A DNA stretch of 64,000 nt, from NCBI GenBank assembly GCA_951406725.2, contig OX597822.1:89900001-89964000 (forward strand). Direction: 5' to 3'. Position 1 is the stretch's first letter, and each line of letters begins with the position of its first letter. Positions 1-12,118 of this stretch are shown in pieces. Below the pieces are notes generated by a model that did no database searches, was not told the DNA's origin, and worked only from the letters and a program-made list of their open reading frames with translations. A program made the position numbers and the translations under genes. The stretch comes from Octopus vulgaris (taxonomy: Eukaryota).

Positions 1-719
1 GCTTCTTCCTCGACTCATTTGTACTTGACCTGTATGGTAGATTATCAGTGTTCTTTATTTCTACATCTTTTCTCTCCAGTTGCTGTATATCTCCCTCTCT
101 TGCCACCAATAGGAAAAACTCATTAGTCCCTGAAGAAATAACAAAGCTTTAAATATCCTTTCTATTGTTTTTGTTTTCACAATCTCACCAAAACCATCTC
201 TAATTGCATCATAGGTAATTTGCTTTCATTTCAAGGCTGGATCTCTTGGTAATTACTCTTGTGCTAAAGGCCTGCTTTTGTGTCGGTTTTTCATATGCAA
301 ACCTTGAGGGTATGCTTGAATCAATAATGTGTCAGATCTGAGAGCCTGCAATAGGCCAATTTGAGATCAAACTGATGACATATGAATGAAACTCATAAGT
401 GAGTAACATATCTGGAAGGTTCCAATAGACATTCTTTCAAGTTTCAAGCTTTTCCAACAATTTTTTAACAGATTCTATAATGTGAGCGAAGTTATTGGCT
501 ACATAGAAGCTCCCTAGTATTTCTAGCTTGAAGTACTATGTGATGTCAAGGATTATATATAAAAAAAAACAATCCATATGAACCTGTTTGAAAAATTACT
601 GGATTCATTATCAATTCTGACTGAATGCTGAATTTTCTCACTGGCTGTTCATCCACAGATTACCTTCTTTGTATCTGTTACATTGTAGAACAGTGGACTG
701 TTATTCATGTTAACAGATG

Positions 720-1260
720 CTAGGTATCATTGCTTGTAATGGATGAAGAACTTTTCTCTTTAAGTTTTCTCACCAGAAACATCTTAAAATGTATTTCCAT
801 GTCCTGGTATGAACCTGAAATATATCTGATCAAATCTAACTCAGTCTTGCATTAACTTTGCACCGATTCTTTGAACTGTTAACTTAAGAATTCTTTAATG
901 TTACTGCATTTAGTGCATCTTTCTATTTGTAATAGTAGATACCAATTACTGGAGATACCTTTCTTCATAGACTTGATTAAATAAGTAAGTAGCTTGTTTA
1001 ATAGGAATTCCATCTAAAGCCTTTAACATTTCAGCAAATATTCTGCAGTTTTGCTAAAATCATCCATCTTTACTTTTTGAGTAGCTTCTACCTACTACTG
1101 CAACTTATGCAAGACTACCATTCATGAAGCATTAAATAGTTTTATGCATTACATAGTTTTCAAGCCTTCAAAATTGCAGCTTATCCTTGTCATTTGCCAA
1201 AAGGATCTCTTCTAACATTGCTAAATCCTCCTATCTACCACTCTTCAAAATCATTGCTCT
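720..1260 (-). mobile_element. Highly decayed RTE-type LINE reverse transcriptase fragment
   Basis: Minus-strand remnants LFNQVYEE, FRFIPGHGNT, MFLVRKLKEK. Confidence 0.55.
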
Positions 1261-2415
1261 GTAGGTAGTATTCTTGCAAAGACAGTTCCCATGTTTACTA
1301 CCAACTGCATATACAACTTTACATTGCACACATATAAGTACAACTCTATCAAAATTTTACTTCTTCATTCTACAACTTTCTTCATCAAGTGCACATGTAT
1401 ACTAAGTACAGAAACCAACAAGGTCATAACAAAATCCCTTCCATTGTACTCAAACAGTACACCTCAGAGAGCACCACTAAGTTTTCAAGTTTTTTCTTTC
1501 TACAACAATCTGTCTTTAAATCTATAAACATCCAATCAGTGTGTCCCATTCTCTAGAAGGGTAATCTTTCTGACCTCACCAACCACTGTCCTAAGAGCAA
1601 ATGATATTTAATGGGTTTGGGATATTCTTAACTGAATAATCTAAGTATTTTTGCTGTTGGTTTTTTTTTTTTTTTTTTTTTTTGTGGAGTAGGCCCTAGT
1701 ACATTTGGTGTCTCACCAGCCATCCTGTTATTGTATAGCTGTGTCTATGCAAAATACTGTAGCAGATTGTAATAGCATAGAATAAATAGAAAACTCAGTA
1801 TGTTTGTTGAGTGCATATATATATTATTACAGTACAAAGGTTCGAAGTATTAAGATGGTTGTCAGTTTTACCACTGTTGTGTAATGAATAGAAAACTTTT
1901 GATGTTACCTAAACTAATGAAGATACAGTTGTAAACATTCTCGAATTTAGTAACCATTACATTGGTATAAACTGGGATGATGGTCTAGCTGTAACTACCC
2001 ATGTCAATATCCGTATCTGATATAGGTTTAGAAAAAAGAACTGATTAGTACTTTCCACAGGTTAACTTTCTGGATATCACCCTTGATTTACTTATTCAGA
2101 CAAACCCTAAAGTAAACTTCTAAAACATTCAAATATAACTCTTAGTTAAAAACATTCAAATAAAAACCTCCATTGTCAAAAGTTCTTTGATTGAACTGAA
2201 CCTTACAATAATGCTTTAGCAAATAGTGGATTCATCAATACACAGATTAGTTAGACACCTAACTTACCAACCTCTTTGACCCAAGAATAAACACCAGAAT
2301 ATGTATTCTTCACTCACACCCTTCTCTCTAAATGTAAAGACTAAGAATTTCTCAAGTTGATAGATAAGCATTTTCCCAGTCAGCATAGTTACAGGACTAT
2401 GTTTAAAGTACAAAT

Positions 2416-3258
2416 TACGTGAAAGTGACCTACAAGTTTTGAGAGTTTTTCAGGAGAAACATTGATTTTAAGGCGGTGCTCCAACATGGCAGTGAAATGA
2501 CTGAAACAAGTAAAAGAATAAAACTCTAAATCTCCTTCAAAGTAGGATCCGCTGATTTCAATACACTTGTCGTGCTCCAACCTCTTTGTGAAGGACCCAT
2601 GAAAGTTCTCCAAAGTTAGGGTGTCCAGAACCCTTGTAATAGCCTCCTTCATCTTCAGCTTGGGGATCAACCAAAAGTCACAGGGAGCAAGGTCTGGACT
2701 GTAGGAAGGGTGAGGGACATTTCTGATGTCCATCTCTGTCAAGTAGTTGGTTACCGTGATGGAATTGTAGAGTAGTACATTGTCCCAGTGTAGGTGCTAT
2801 TGACCCGAGTGGAAGATCTCTGACCTTTTGTGATGAAATCTCTTCCTCAACACCTTCAAAACTTCCTTGCTTTCGAAAAGCAAAAGATCATCATGAGCTG
2901 CTCAGTGGACTTACTTTGTCTAGCTTCTTGTGCCAGCATAAAGCAGATGCTCAGCCCATACAAGTTAAATCTATAAGCAGTCTGGAGCATTTCATAAGTG
3001 TCTGTAGTGTTTTGCCAAATTTAACACAAAACTTTATTGCATAGCAAGCTTCTAAATTATCTTCAAATCCTGACTGCATTCTGCATACTAGTCAGTAGTG
3101 ACAAGCAGTGATTAGTAGGGTGTGTTTAAAGTATCGTTACAGCTGTTTCCTTCAGTCTAGAATAATAAAAATTGGTAGGTCAGCTTATTAGATGTACTGT
3201 AATGACATACAAAACTTACAATAATCTACATCTCAAAACTTTTGGAATGCACCTCGTA
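2416..3258 (-). mobile_element. Mariner (Tc1/mariner) remnant with degenerate TIRs
   Basis: HPSYSPDLAPCDFWL motif in ORF 2389-2742; TA-bounded ends tacgtg..aagttttgaga / tctcaaaact..cacctcgta. Confidence 0.8.
2468..2523 (+). mobile_element. SINE 3' tail fragment inside the mariner
   Basis: aaggcggtgctccaacatggcag...gactgaaacaagtaaaaga; its reverse complement recurs at ~20250-20305. Confidence 0.6.
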
Positions 3259-4209
3259 TAGTAGTACTCTCAACAGTAAATGCATAATAACAATCTACAC
3301 TCACAGTTAAAGAACAAAGTAAAAGAATCATGCCTACACACTGAAACCAAGATTTTTAATATTTGATGGAAGTTTCAAGCAATGCTGTGCAAATCACACT
3401 ACCTCCTTCAAAAACAAAAACAAAAGCTTGTCAGCAGTTCTACCAAAATATGTCTGTAAACTCAAAGGTAACCACACAGACTATACTGTCAAATGGGTGA
3501 TTAAAGCACTAACCAGCCAATATATTTTTGGAACAAGTTGTACACAGAAAAGAAGTGAAGACATACTACACAATAACATCAAAAAAGTATCTTAATACTT
3601 GAATACAATGCTTTGGAGGATGCTATAATTTTCACAAATATCTGTTAAAATTCTAGTGACCACTGGATTAATCCAAAGGCAAATGGTAAACCTTTCATTA
3701 CCAAAATACCCGAGGACACTTCTTCATAATATATCTTACAGAACTAAAAACTCCTCTTTTTCTCCTGTGTAACAGTAGAAAAAGAAGTTACCCCATTTGT
3801 CTGTACATGTAAGAGTATATAAGAGCAAATAACCTCAATAAATCCTGTGATTGTCTCCCTTACATCATAGAATTGAAACGTTTACCGATTACAAGAGAAA
3901 CAACTAATTGATAAACGAATTATCTTTGTTTCTTTTTGAAAACTGCTTGACACACAGAGCAGAACTGAAACTAGTACAATTCTTACATGGACATATCACT
4001 GTTGCTGAATATTGGATATAAACCACGTGATGAAGCATGATTTGAACCGTGTACTGTAACAATATATACATACATGGGCAACCCTTAGGAAGGTGCTCCT
4101 GAAATTGACCTGAGTAGACAATCATGGAAGAAAGCAGAGAGGGAGGAAGAGGTAGATAGAAAGAGGGGATGAGATTGACAAGAAGAGAACTACTTTCCTG
4201 GCTAATTTC

Positions 4210-6370
4210 AATATGTTTACAAAACTGCTCATTCAGAAGAGGTCTGGGTGCTTCACATGTTCCGAAGACACCATCAATGAACATATTATGAGTATCATCA
4301 GAAAAGGCCAACCATTGGGTTGGTCCATGCAATGTGCTGATAACATTATGCAAGCCAATGGCAGAATTCAATTTGAAGGAATTTTGCTTGAGAGAAGTGA
4401 CAAAAGTGGTAAGACCTACCCCAGCAACAGGTTTAGATGGTGTATCTTATAAAGTCTAAAAGAATTGCCCGAAGCTACCCCATTGGTTTTGAGGGCCCTG
4501 AAGTTGATTGAGAAGAGAAGGAAGAGTGTCTAGCCATAGAGGTATGCTGAGGGAATATATATATCCAAGAAGAGAGAGAGAAAGAGACCCAAGAAAAATC
4601 AACCAGTTTTGTATCTTTCCCTTGCTCAGCATGGAGAACAATATTTTCTTCGGTATTGGTATTCATCATTCTAAGTAAGGATTACATTGACACGTTAGTA
4701 CAGAAAGGAGGTATATCAGGAGTTCTTTGTTGCTTTAAACCCACAAATGTAGTAGCCCTACTCATGAAGAATGCAACAAAAAAAAGAGGGGACCTGACTG
4801 TACTATGGCTAGATCTGACAAATACCTATGGTTCATACAAACTGGAGGAAAATGCACTGAACATAAACACCAGTAGACAAAAAAATATTCATCATTGACT
4901 AGTTCAGTTTGAGGGTTTCCTTTCACTATCTGACATCTGACTGGCACCAGTTGGAAGTGGGGATTATCACTGGGGTTACCATTGTGGTGTCCCTTTGCAT
5001 TGGCAGAGGCAGCAAAGAAGGAGTGCTGGCTCCAGTTAGCAAATAGAGCAACCATCCAGTAGAGCCTTCATAAATGGCCTCACAATGACAACTGCATATG
5101 AAGCAAGATCCTCCAGGAATTAGGGAAGCTTGTGGTGTGGATGCAAATGAGTTTCAAGTCTTAGTGCATGGTTTTGAAGAAAGGAAAATTACTAAATTCC
5201 AGTTTAAAGTAGATGCTGTTTGTTGAAGAAAAATCAATGAAAAGTCTCAGGAAGGTTTTCAGCAGCAGTCTGAAGGATACGTACTCCAACAAAGTAATCA
5301 GAGCTGAGCTAGTTGAGAGCTGTAGACAAGTCTAAATTCTCAAGAAGATTCAAGATCTGGATCTACCAACAAAGGATCCTCCCTAGAATCCTCTGGTTTC
5401 TGCATATTTATGAAGTCCCCATCACTGTAGTGTGGAGCCATTTTGAGCTGAGTTTGCTATATAGCTTTAGCAATATTGGCCGTACAGGAGTAGTAACAAG
5501 CTTAGAGTGACACAAGCACAGGAACACCTATAGTACACCAGTTCAGAGGATACCAAAGTGTCTGGTACAGAGGACATGGAGGAAGTGCAAGGCAACTGAA
5601 GTTTTTCTGCAGACAGTGGAGCAGTGGAAACACAAGGCTCTTCTTGGGAGTTTCACTAAGGGCTGGGCTGAACTCAGGAGTGGTGCAAGAGGAGGTGCAA
5701 GTGTCTAAGCAAAGAGCAGTGACAATGCATAAACTGGGTCTCTGGATGAAATGGGAGCAGATGATAGAGCTGAATGTCATCCAACAACACATCTGGAAAA
5801 ATAATTCAAAAGGATAAAGTTTTTGATTCAGGATTTTATATTATCTTCTCTAGCATATCCAACCTATTTACATAGGTTGGATCTGTTGGAGAAGATATAG
5901 AACTATGCCCTACATAGATAGGGCATAGTACAAAGATTTGCATGAGACATATTCTAAGGCAGGATCCCTTGAAGCAAGGCAGCTGCTTCAAGGTATTGTG
6001 TGAGGAGGAACACTATCCAACGAGACATCCAGAATTTCAATATCATCACTGAGACAATCAGCAAAAGGATCAGTAACAGAAGAAATATTTATATTACAGT
6101 TAGGAAGATTGTCTTTACTAAAGAAGGAGGGTGACCAAAGTAAAGATCCAAGAAGATATCAGTTAATTTGCTTTCTACTGTGGGTTACTTGCTGATAAGA
6201 CTAGACCTTGAGAAACAATTGAAATTCCCTTCACATATTACCCAGCTCTCCCTGAGACCAGATATTGTCTTGGTTTCTGGGGAGCCTAGGATGAGTGATG
6301 GAAGAAATGCAAGATAGGAAAAGAGTGAAGTACCAGAGGTTGTGGGTGGACTGTTGCAGGAATGGGTGGA
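4210..6370 (+). mobile_element. Hero-like (R2 superfamily, RLE endonuclease) non-LTR retrotransposon, decayed
   Basis: YIDTLVQKGGISGV..GDLTVLWLDLTNTYGS; FKIWIYQQRILPRILW; C-terminal LEKQLKFPSHI..LRPDIVLVS. Confidence 0.8.
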
Positions 6371-6374
6371 AGAA

Positions 6375-6458
6375 ATGTAATATGTGACAGTTATTCAGTT
6401 GCCATAATATATAACTTATATATTATATGTATATATACATATATATATCATATATATT

Positions 6459-6512
<54 letters not shown>

Positions 6513-6954
6513 CATATAATATATGAGCAAAATGCCCCACCACCCCCGTCCAATGGACGGTGCTGAGTTGTCAAACATTTAAACCAAATTTTCTCAAAAC
6601 AACTTGTCCGACCATCCCATAGGCCTCCCCTTTGAGAAACACTGATTTAACCTAAATTTGAGACACCAGCAAAAGAAGAAATAAAGATAGACTTTTTTTC
6701 TATTCCAAAGAAAAACGATTTCCCACGGCTTTATCGATCGCATTCTCACCTGGAATCGATTTTTGTAATTTTTTCAAAACTTATACACACCCTGATACCA
6801 TCGGTATCTACATATCAAATTTGAGCACAATCGGATGGAGGATACCCGAGATCCGAGAAGCCACACACACACACACACACAAACAGACAGAACAGATTTT
6901 ATATAAGAGATAAATTATATATGATGGCAACTGAATAATTATCACACATTACAT
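6375..6954. repeat. ~40-bp inverted repeats enclosing a (TA)n tract and a non-autonomous Helitron-like fragment
   Basis: 6375-6414 atgtaatatgtgacagttattcagttgccataatatataa versus the reverse complement of 6915-6954 (about 36/40). Confidence 0.7.
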
Positions 6955-7317
6955 CTGTATATATAAAAGGCATGATGTATGTGTGTGTGTACGTGAATGT
7001 AAATTAGCATGCATGTTGCTCCAATTTTAGGAGGACATTCGTCACGATCCTAGCTGTATTTTTGTCAAATTATTTTCCCCCGAGGCACCAGCGAATAGTG
7101 GTAAAAGTAAATTTTCGACCATAACTTAACAATTTTCACAGTGGAGAAATCCACCATTGTTTATACAAACATGAGTTAAGTCCCCTTCTAGCAACGGTGT
7201 AAAGAGAGGGAGGGAGAGGGAGAGAAAGAGAGAGATAACAGAATTTTAAAATTTCATCTTTTTACTGAATGATTGACAAGCAAAAACAGACAGACAGGTG
7301 TTGTTATGTATGTATGT

Positions 7318-9055
7318 GAAGCCATAGGACAACTCAAGAGTCGCAAAGCAGCAGGAGTTGACGGCATCCCACCAGATATCTGGAAGAATGGAGGTCCGAT
7401 GCTCCATGACAAGCTCCATGATTTTCTTGTCTGCTGCTGGGAGCAGAGCAAGCTGCCACAGGATCTTCGCGATGCCGTCATCATAACCCTGTACAAGAAC
7501 AAGGGTGAAAAGTCTGACTGCTCCAACTACTGGGGAATCACCCTACTCTCCATCACTGGCAAAGTACTTGCCAGGATCCTGCTCAATAGGCCAGTACCAA
7601 CCATCGCTGAAGAAAACCTCCCCGAGAGCCAGTGTGGATATGGTGTTCGTCCTCCGCCAACTCCAGGAGAAGTGCCGAGAACAAAACGGGACTATAGAGT
7701 ATAGGTTATTTTTGTCGACCTCACAAAAGCATTTGACACAGTGAGCAGGACAGGACTATGGCTCATCCTGGAACAGCTTGGCTGTCCCACCAAGTTTCTA
7801 CAGATGGTGATCCAGCTGCACGAGAATCAGCGTGGTCAGATCAGACTCAATGGTGACCTATTGGAGCCCTTCCCCATCTCCAACGGCATGAAGCAGGGTT
7901 GTGTCTTTTCAGCATCTTCTTCAGCATGATGATCAAGCATGCAACTGATATGGAGGATGAGGATGGGGTGTATGTTAGGTATTGTCTGGATGGCAGCGTC
8001 TTCAATCTACGGCACTTCCAAGCCCACACCAAGACACAGGAGAGGCTGATCCAAGACCTCTTCGCAGACGACACTGTCCTTGTCGCCCACACAGAGCGAG
8101 CTCTGCAGCGCATCACGTCCTGCTTTGCAGACGCCTCGCGGCTCTTTGGCCTGGAGGTCAGCCTCAAGAAGACAGAGGTACTTCACCAACCTACACCCCA
8201 AGAGGAATACCGCCCACCACACATCACTATCTGCGGTACCGAACTGAAATCAACTCAGCAGTTTACATACCTGGGCTACATCATCTCATTCGATGCAAGG
8301 ATCGACAAAGAAATTGAAAATAGACTCTTTAAGGCAAATAGGTCCTTTGGCAGATTGTACAAACGTGTTTGGCACAATAATAACCTGAAGAAAAAGCAAA
8401 GATCAGTGTCTACAGGGCTGTGGTTCTCACCACTCTTCTCTATGGCTCAGAGACCTGGATTACTTATCACAGTCACATCCGTCTCCTCGAGCGCTTCCAC
8501 CAATGATGTCTCCACACCATTCTCAACATACACTGGTGTGACTTTGTCACAAACAATGAAGTCTTGGAGCGTGCCGAGATCCCCAGCATTGAAGCTATGC
8601 TACTGAAGTCCCACCTCCGATGGGCAAGGCATGTCTCCAGAATGGAGAACCATCGCCTTCCTAAGATTGCCCTGTTTGGCAAACTCTCCACCGGCCACCG
8701 TGTGAGAGGAGATCCGAGGAAGCACTACAAAGACTGCCTCAAGAAGTCTCTAACAGCATGTCATATTGACCACCAATGCTGATCAGATCTGGCTGTGGAC
8801 CGTGATGTCTGGTGCCACACGAACTTCAACGCAGTCAGCAAGTTTGAGGAACAAAGAAGAGACGCACTTAAAGACAAGAGACGCAGGAGGAAGACACGAG
8901 CCGCTTCTGACACTACACCAGATGTTACCTTTGTCTGTGGACACTGCTCACGGACCTGCCTTTCCCATATCAGACTTGTCAGTCATGAGCGTGCATGCAT
9001 GCGACGTGGACAGCCATCCTGATCTTTGTTCGTGAAGCCAAGCCAAGCCAAGCCA
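7318..9055 (+). mobile_element. 5'-truncated RTE-clade LINE (AviRTE/BovB-like), relatively young, frameshifted
   Basis: KAAGVDGIPP, KSDCSNYWGITLLS, LFADD, LRWARHVSRM, C-terminal CGHCSRTCLSHIRLVSH; 3' tail (GCCAA)n; clearly more GC-rich than its flanks. Confidence 0.92.
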
Positions 9056-9644
9056 TGCTGTGTGTGTGTATGGCTTCAGTCACACACACACACACACGAA
9101 CATGTATGCAATGTGTGTGTGTGTTGCCCATATATATATATATATATACACACACACAATATAAACGGTATTCTCCGTTTCTCCACAACTAATTTCCAAA
9201 TTAGCTGAATCCGTTGCTCTACTCATAGGACGAACTGCGCAAGATACCACTGAGTAAACACCTAGATACATGTGCAGAAGGAAAATTTAAGATCTTTCCC
9301 TTCTACAAATGTCCAAAGAATGACACTTCCTTCAGGAGGAATATGGAAAAATACTTCATAGCTAAGTTCTCCCCCAAATCGAATGGCTGAAAATATTTCT
9401 ATAATAAGTTGTACTAGATGAAGGACCAAATTTGTAAAGTAGATTGTATTAAACACACACACACACACAGTTTTACACATGTACATATACATAAATAAAA
9501 ACAATCTCTAATCCAGATTCTTCATCCCATGTAAGCACAGGAATCAAACATTGGATTGAAAGAACTGAATAGTGGTATAAATATCAACACAATTATTTCT
9601 TCTTCCCCTTTTTCTTCTTTCTTCTCTTCTCCAGCAACACCCCT

Positions 9645-10530
9645 TCCAGATTCACAGGCACACACACACGTACATACACACACATACACACCTTCACAAA
9701 ACAATAATAAAAAGAAATCCAGACAATTTTTTGAGAAGTGACATTTTACACCCCTTGAAGTGGCCAATTTCTAATTGCCTAAAAATCATTTACAGTTGCA
9801 AAAATATAAACACTTTTTTTTTCTTCATTTAACACTCCTCTCAGATATGCAGACCCCCCACCTCCACACACACACTCTCACAAGACAATGATAAAAAGGA
9901 AATCCAGACAATTTTTGAAAGGTGACATTTTGGTCCCCAGCTGGCTTGACCATTGCTAAAAGCCAATGACTGATTGTTTTTGACAACTTGACCATTCCTC
10001 CTTAACACTTCCTTCAGATACAAAAACACAAATGCGCACACATACACACACACGCGCGCACACACACACACACTCTCTCTCTCTCTCACACGACAGTGAT
10101 AAAAAGGAAATACAAATAATTTGTTGAAAAGTGACATTTTGTACCCCTTGGAGTAAACAGCTGGATTTACAATCACTAAGCCAAGAATTATTATTGACCA
10201 ACCTACCAACTGCAAAGATATCAACAAAATTTCTCCCCTTCCTCCTTTCTTTCTTTTTCTTTAATACCCCTTTCAGATACAAAAACACACGCACACACAC
10301 ACACACTCTCACTAGACAATGATAAAAAAGAAATCCAGACAATATTTTGAAAAGTGACATTTTGTCCCCCCTTGGAGTAAACAGCCTGACCAGCTACAAA
10401 GAGATCAACAGAAAAATTTTTTCTTCTTTCTCTCCCTTTTCTTCCTTTCCTTCTTTTTCTTAAACACTCTTTCAGATACAAAAACACACACACATGCATG
10501 CACACACACACACACACACACACACTCATA
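9645..10530 (+). repeat. Degenerate tandem array, ~4-5 units of ~175-260 bp, each with a (CA)n core
   Basis: Recurring cagata..(CA)n..gataaaaaggaaatccagacaattt..gtgacatttt..cccc at ~9650, 9842, 10015, 10274 and a partial unit at 10473. Confidence 0.8.
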
Positions 10531-10882
10531 CATGCTCTCTCTCACTTTCTTCCCATTCATCACCCTCTTGTACTATCTTATATCTCTCCCCACCACTACA
10601 CACTCAATAACACTATAAAAATAGTCAAATTTTCCCCAAGAACTTAGTTCAATTTGAAAACTCCACTAGAATGGACGAAAGTGCTAATATATGATATATG
10701 ATGTATAAAAACATGTAATATACAAATAAATATCTGTGAATATAAAACCATCCAAATTTCTGAATACCTCATTTCTTCAAATATAAAATACCTGTACATC
10801 ATCTCCAAACCTTGTAATATATATAAAATATAATATAGTATATACATCTCTTTATATAATATATATATATATGTATATAAAA

Positions 10883-11953
10883 TCATCGTCATCGTCGTTT
10901 AACATCCGTTTTCCATGCTAGCATGAGTTGGATGGTTCGACTGGGGTCTGGGGAGCCAGAAGGCTTCACCAGGCTCCAGTGTGATCTGGTAGTGTTTTTA
11001 CAGCTGGATGCCCTTCCTAACGCCAACCACTCCGTGAGTGTAGTGGGTGCTTTTTATGTCCCACTGGCACAGGGGCCAGGGTAGGCTGGCAATGGCCATG
11101 TTCAGTTGGTGCTTTTTATGTGCCACCAGCATGGAAGCCAGTCAAGGTGGGGCTGGCATGGGCCATGTTCGGATGGCGCTTTTTACGTGCCACCAGCACA
11201 GGTATCACACCTACAATTTCCATTTGATTTTCATTTTGATGTTGATGTACTTGACTCAACAGATCTCAAGCACAGCAGGTTGCCCTTTGATCCAAGGTAC
11301 TTTTGAATGGGCTGGGGCTGGTTATGCGAAACTGGTGTAGGATACAGCTGTGGACTCATATTATTTGCCTGGTCTTTGCAAACACAGCACATATCCAGAG
11401 GTCTCGGTCTTTTGTCATTGCATCTGTGAGGCCCAACGTTCAAAGGTTATGCTTGACCACCTCATCCCATGTCTTCCTGGGTCTACCTCTACCCCGGATT
11501 TCTTCAACTGTTTGGGAGTGGCACTTCTTCACACAGCTCGCCTCATCCATCCATAGTACATGACCATACCTGTACAAACGTCTCCCTTGCACGCCACATC
11601 TGATGCGTCTTATGTCCAACATTTCTCTCAGGGCGCTTACACTCTGTTGTGTGTGCACACTGACATTACACATCCAGCGGATCATGCTAGCTTGATTTCT
11701 TTTGAGCTTATGCAGTTTCCTCCAGCCACGGCCCATGTTTCACTGCTGTGAAGCATGGCAGTTCGCACACATGCATCATACAATCTACCTTTCACTCTGA
11801 GAGAGAGGCCTTTTGTCACCAGTAGAGGTAGAAGCTTTCTAAACTTTGCACAGGCTATTCTTATTCTAGTGGTAACACTCTCTGAGCATCCAGCCCCCAC
11901 TACTAACTTGGTCAACTAGGTAGCCGAAGCTATCAACTACTTCTAGTTTTCCC
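10883..11953 (-). mobile_element. RTE-type LINE 3' portion (abundant family with (GAT)n tail)
   Basis: KFRKLLPLLVTKGLSLRVKGRLYDACVRTAMLHSSETWAV; GRGRPRKTW; end catcgtcgtttaacatccgttttccatgctagc. Confidence 0.88.
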
Positions 11954-12083
11954 AGCTTTGTGATTGAATTTGGTAGGTGGAAGTTACTGCCACATGTGTA
12001 TATGTGTGTGTAGGTGCTTGTGCCTCTCTGAGAGAGAGGGATAATATATATGTATATATATAATGTTTATATACATATAAATA

Positions 12084-12117
<34 letters not shown>

Positions 12118-12118
<1 letters not shown>

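Larger units (their letters stand above)
1960..3600 (+). mobile_element. Penelope-like element remnant (RT + GIY-YIG), split by a mariner
   Basis: DDGLAV, QVNFLDITLDL, NNALANSGF, FLKLIDKHFP before 2410; GSFKQ..ANHTTSFK and DYTVKWVI after 3260. Confidence 0.7.
6953..10687 (+). mobile_element. Probable non-autonomous Helitron-like element with internal tandem array, interrupted by an RTE LINE
   Basis: Starts a|TCtgtatatataaaa+(TG)n; ends with a small hairpin (tcca..tgga) + gtgCTAAt (CTAG-like). Confidence 0.45.

Noticed and set aside
153-162. Extra U12-like donors ATATCCTTT (153) and GTATCCTT (15559)
   Set aside because: No exon context or matching branch point; such 8-mers are expected by chance a few times in 64 kb of AT-rich DNA
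8979-10892. Many short ORFs rich in CV/HT/YI
   Set aside because: These are translations of (CA)n/(TA)n microsatellites and low-complexity sequence
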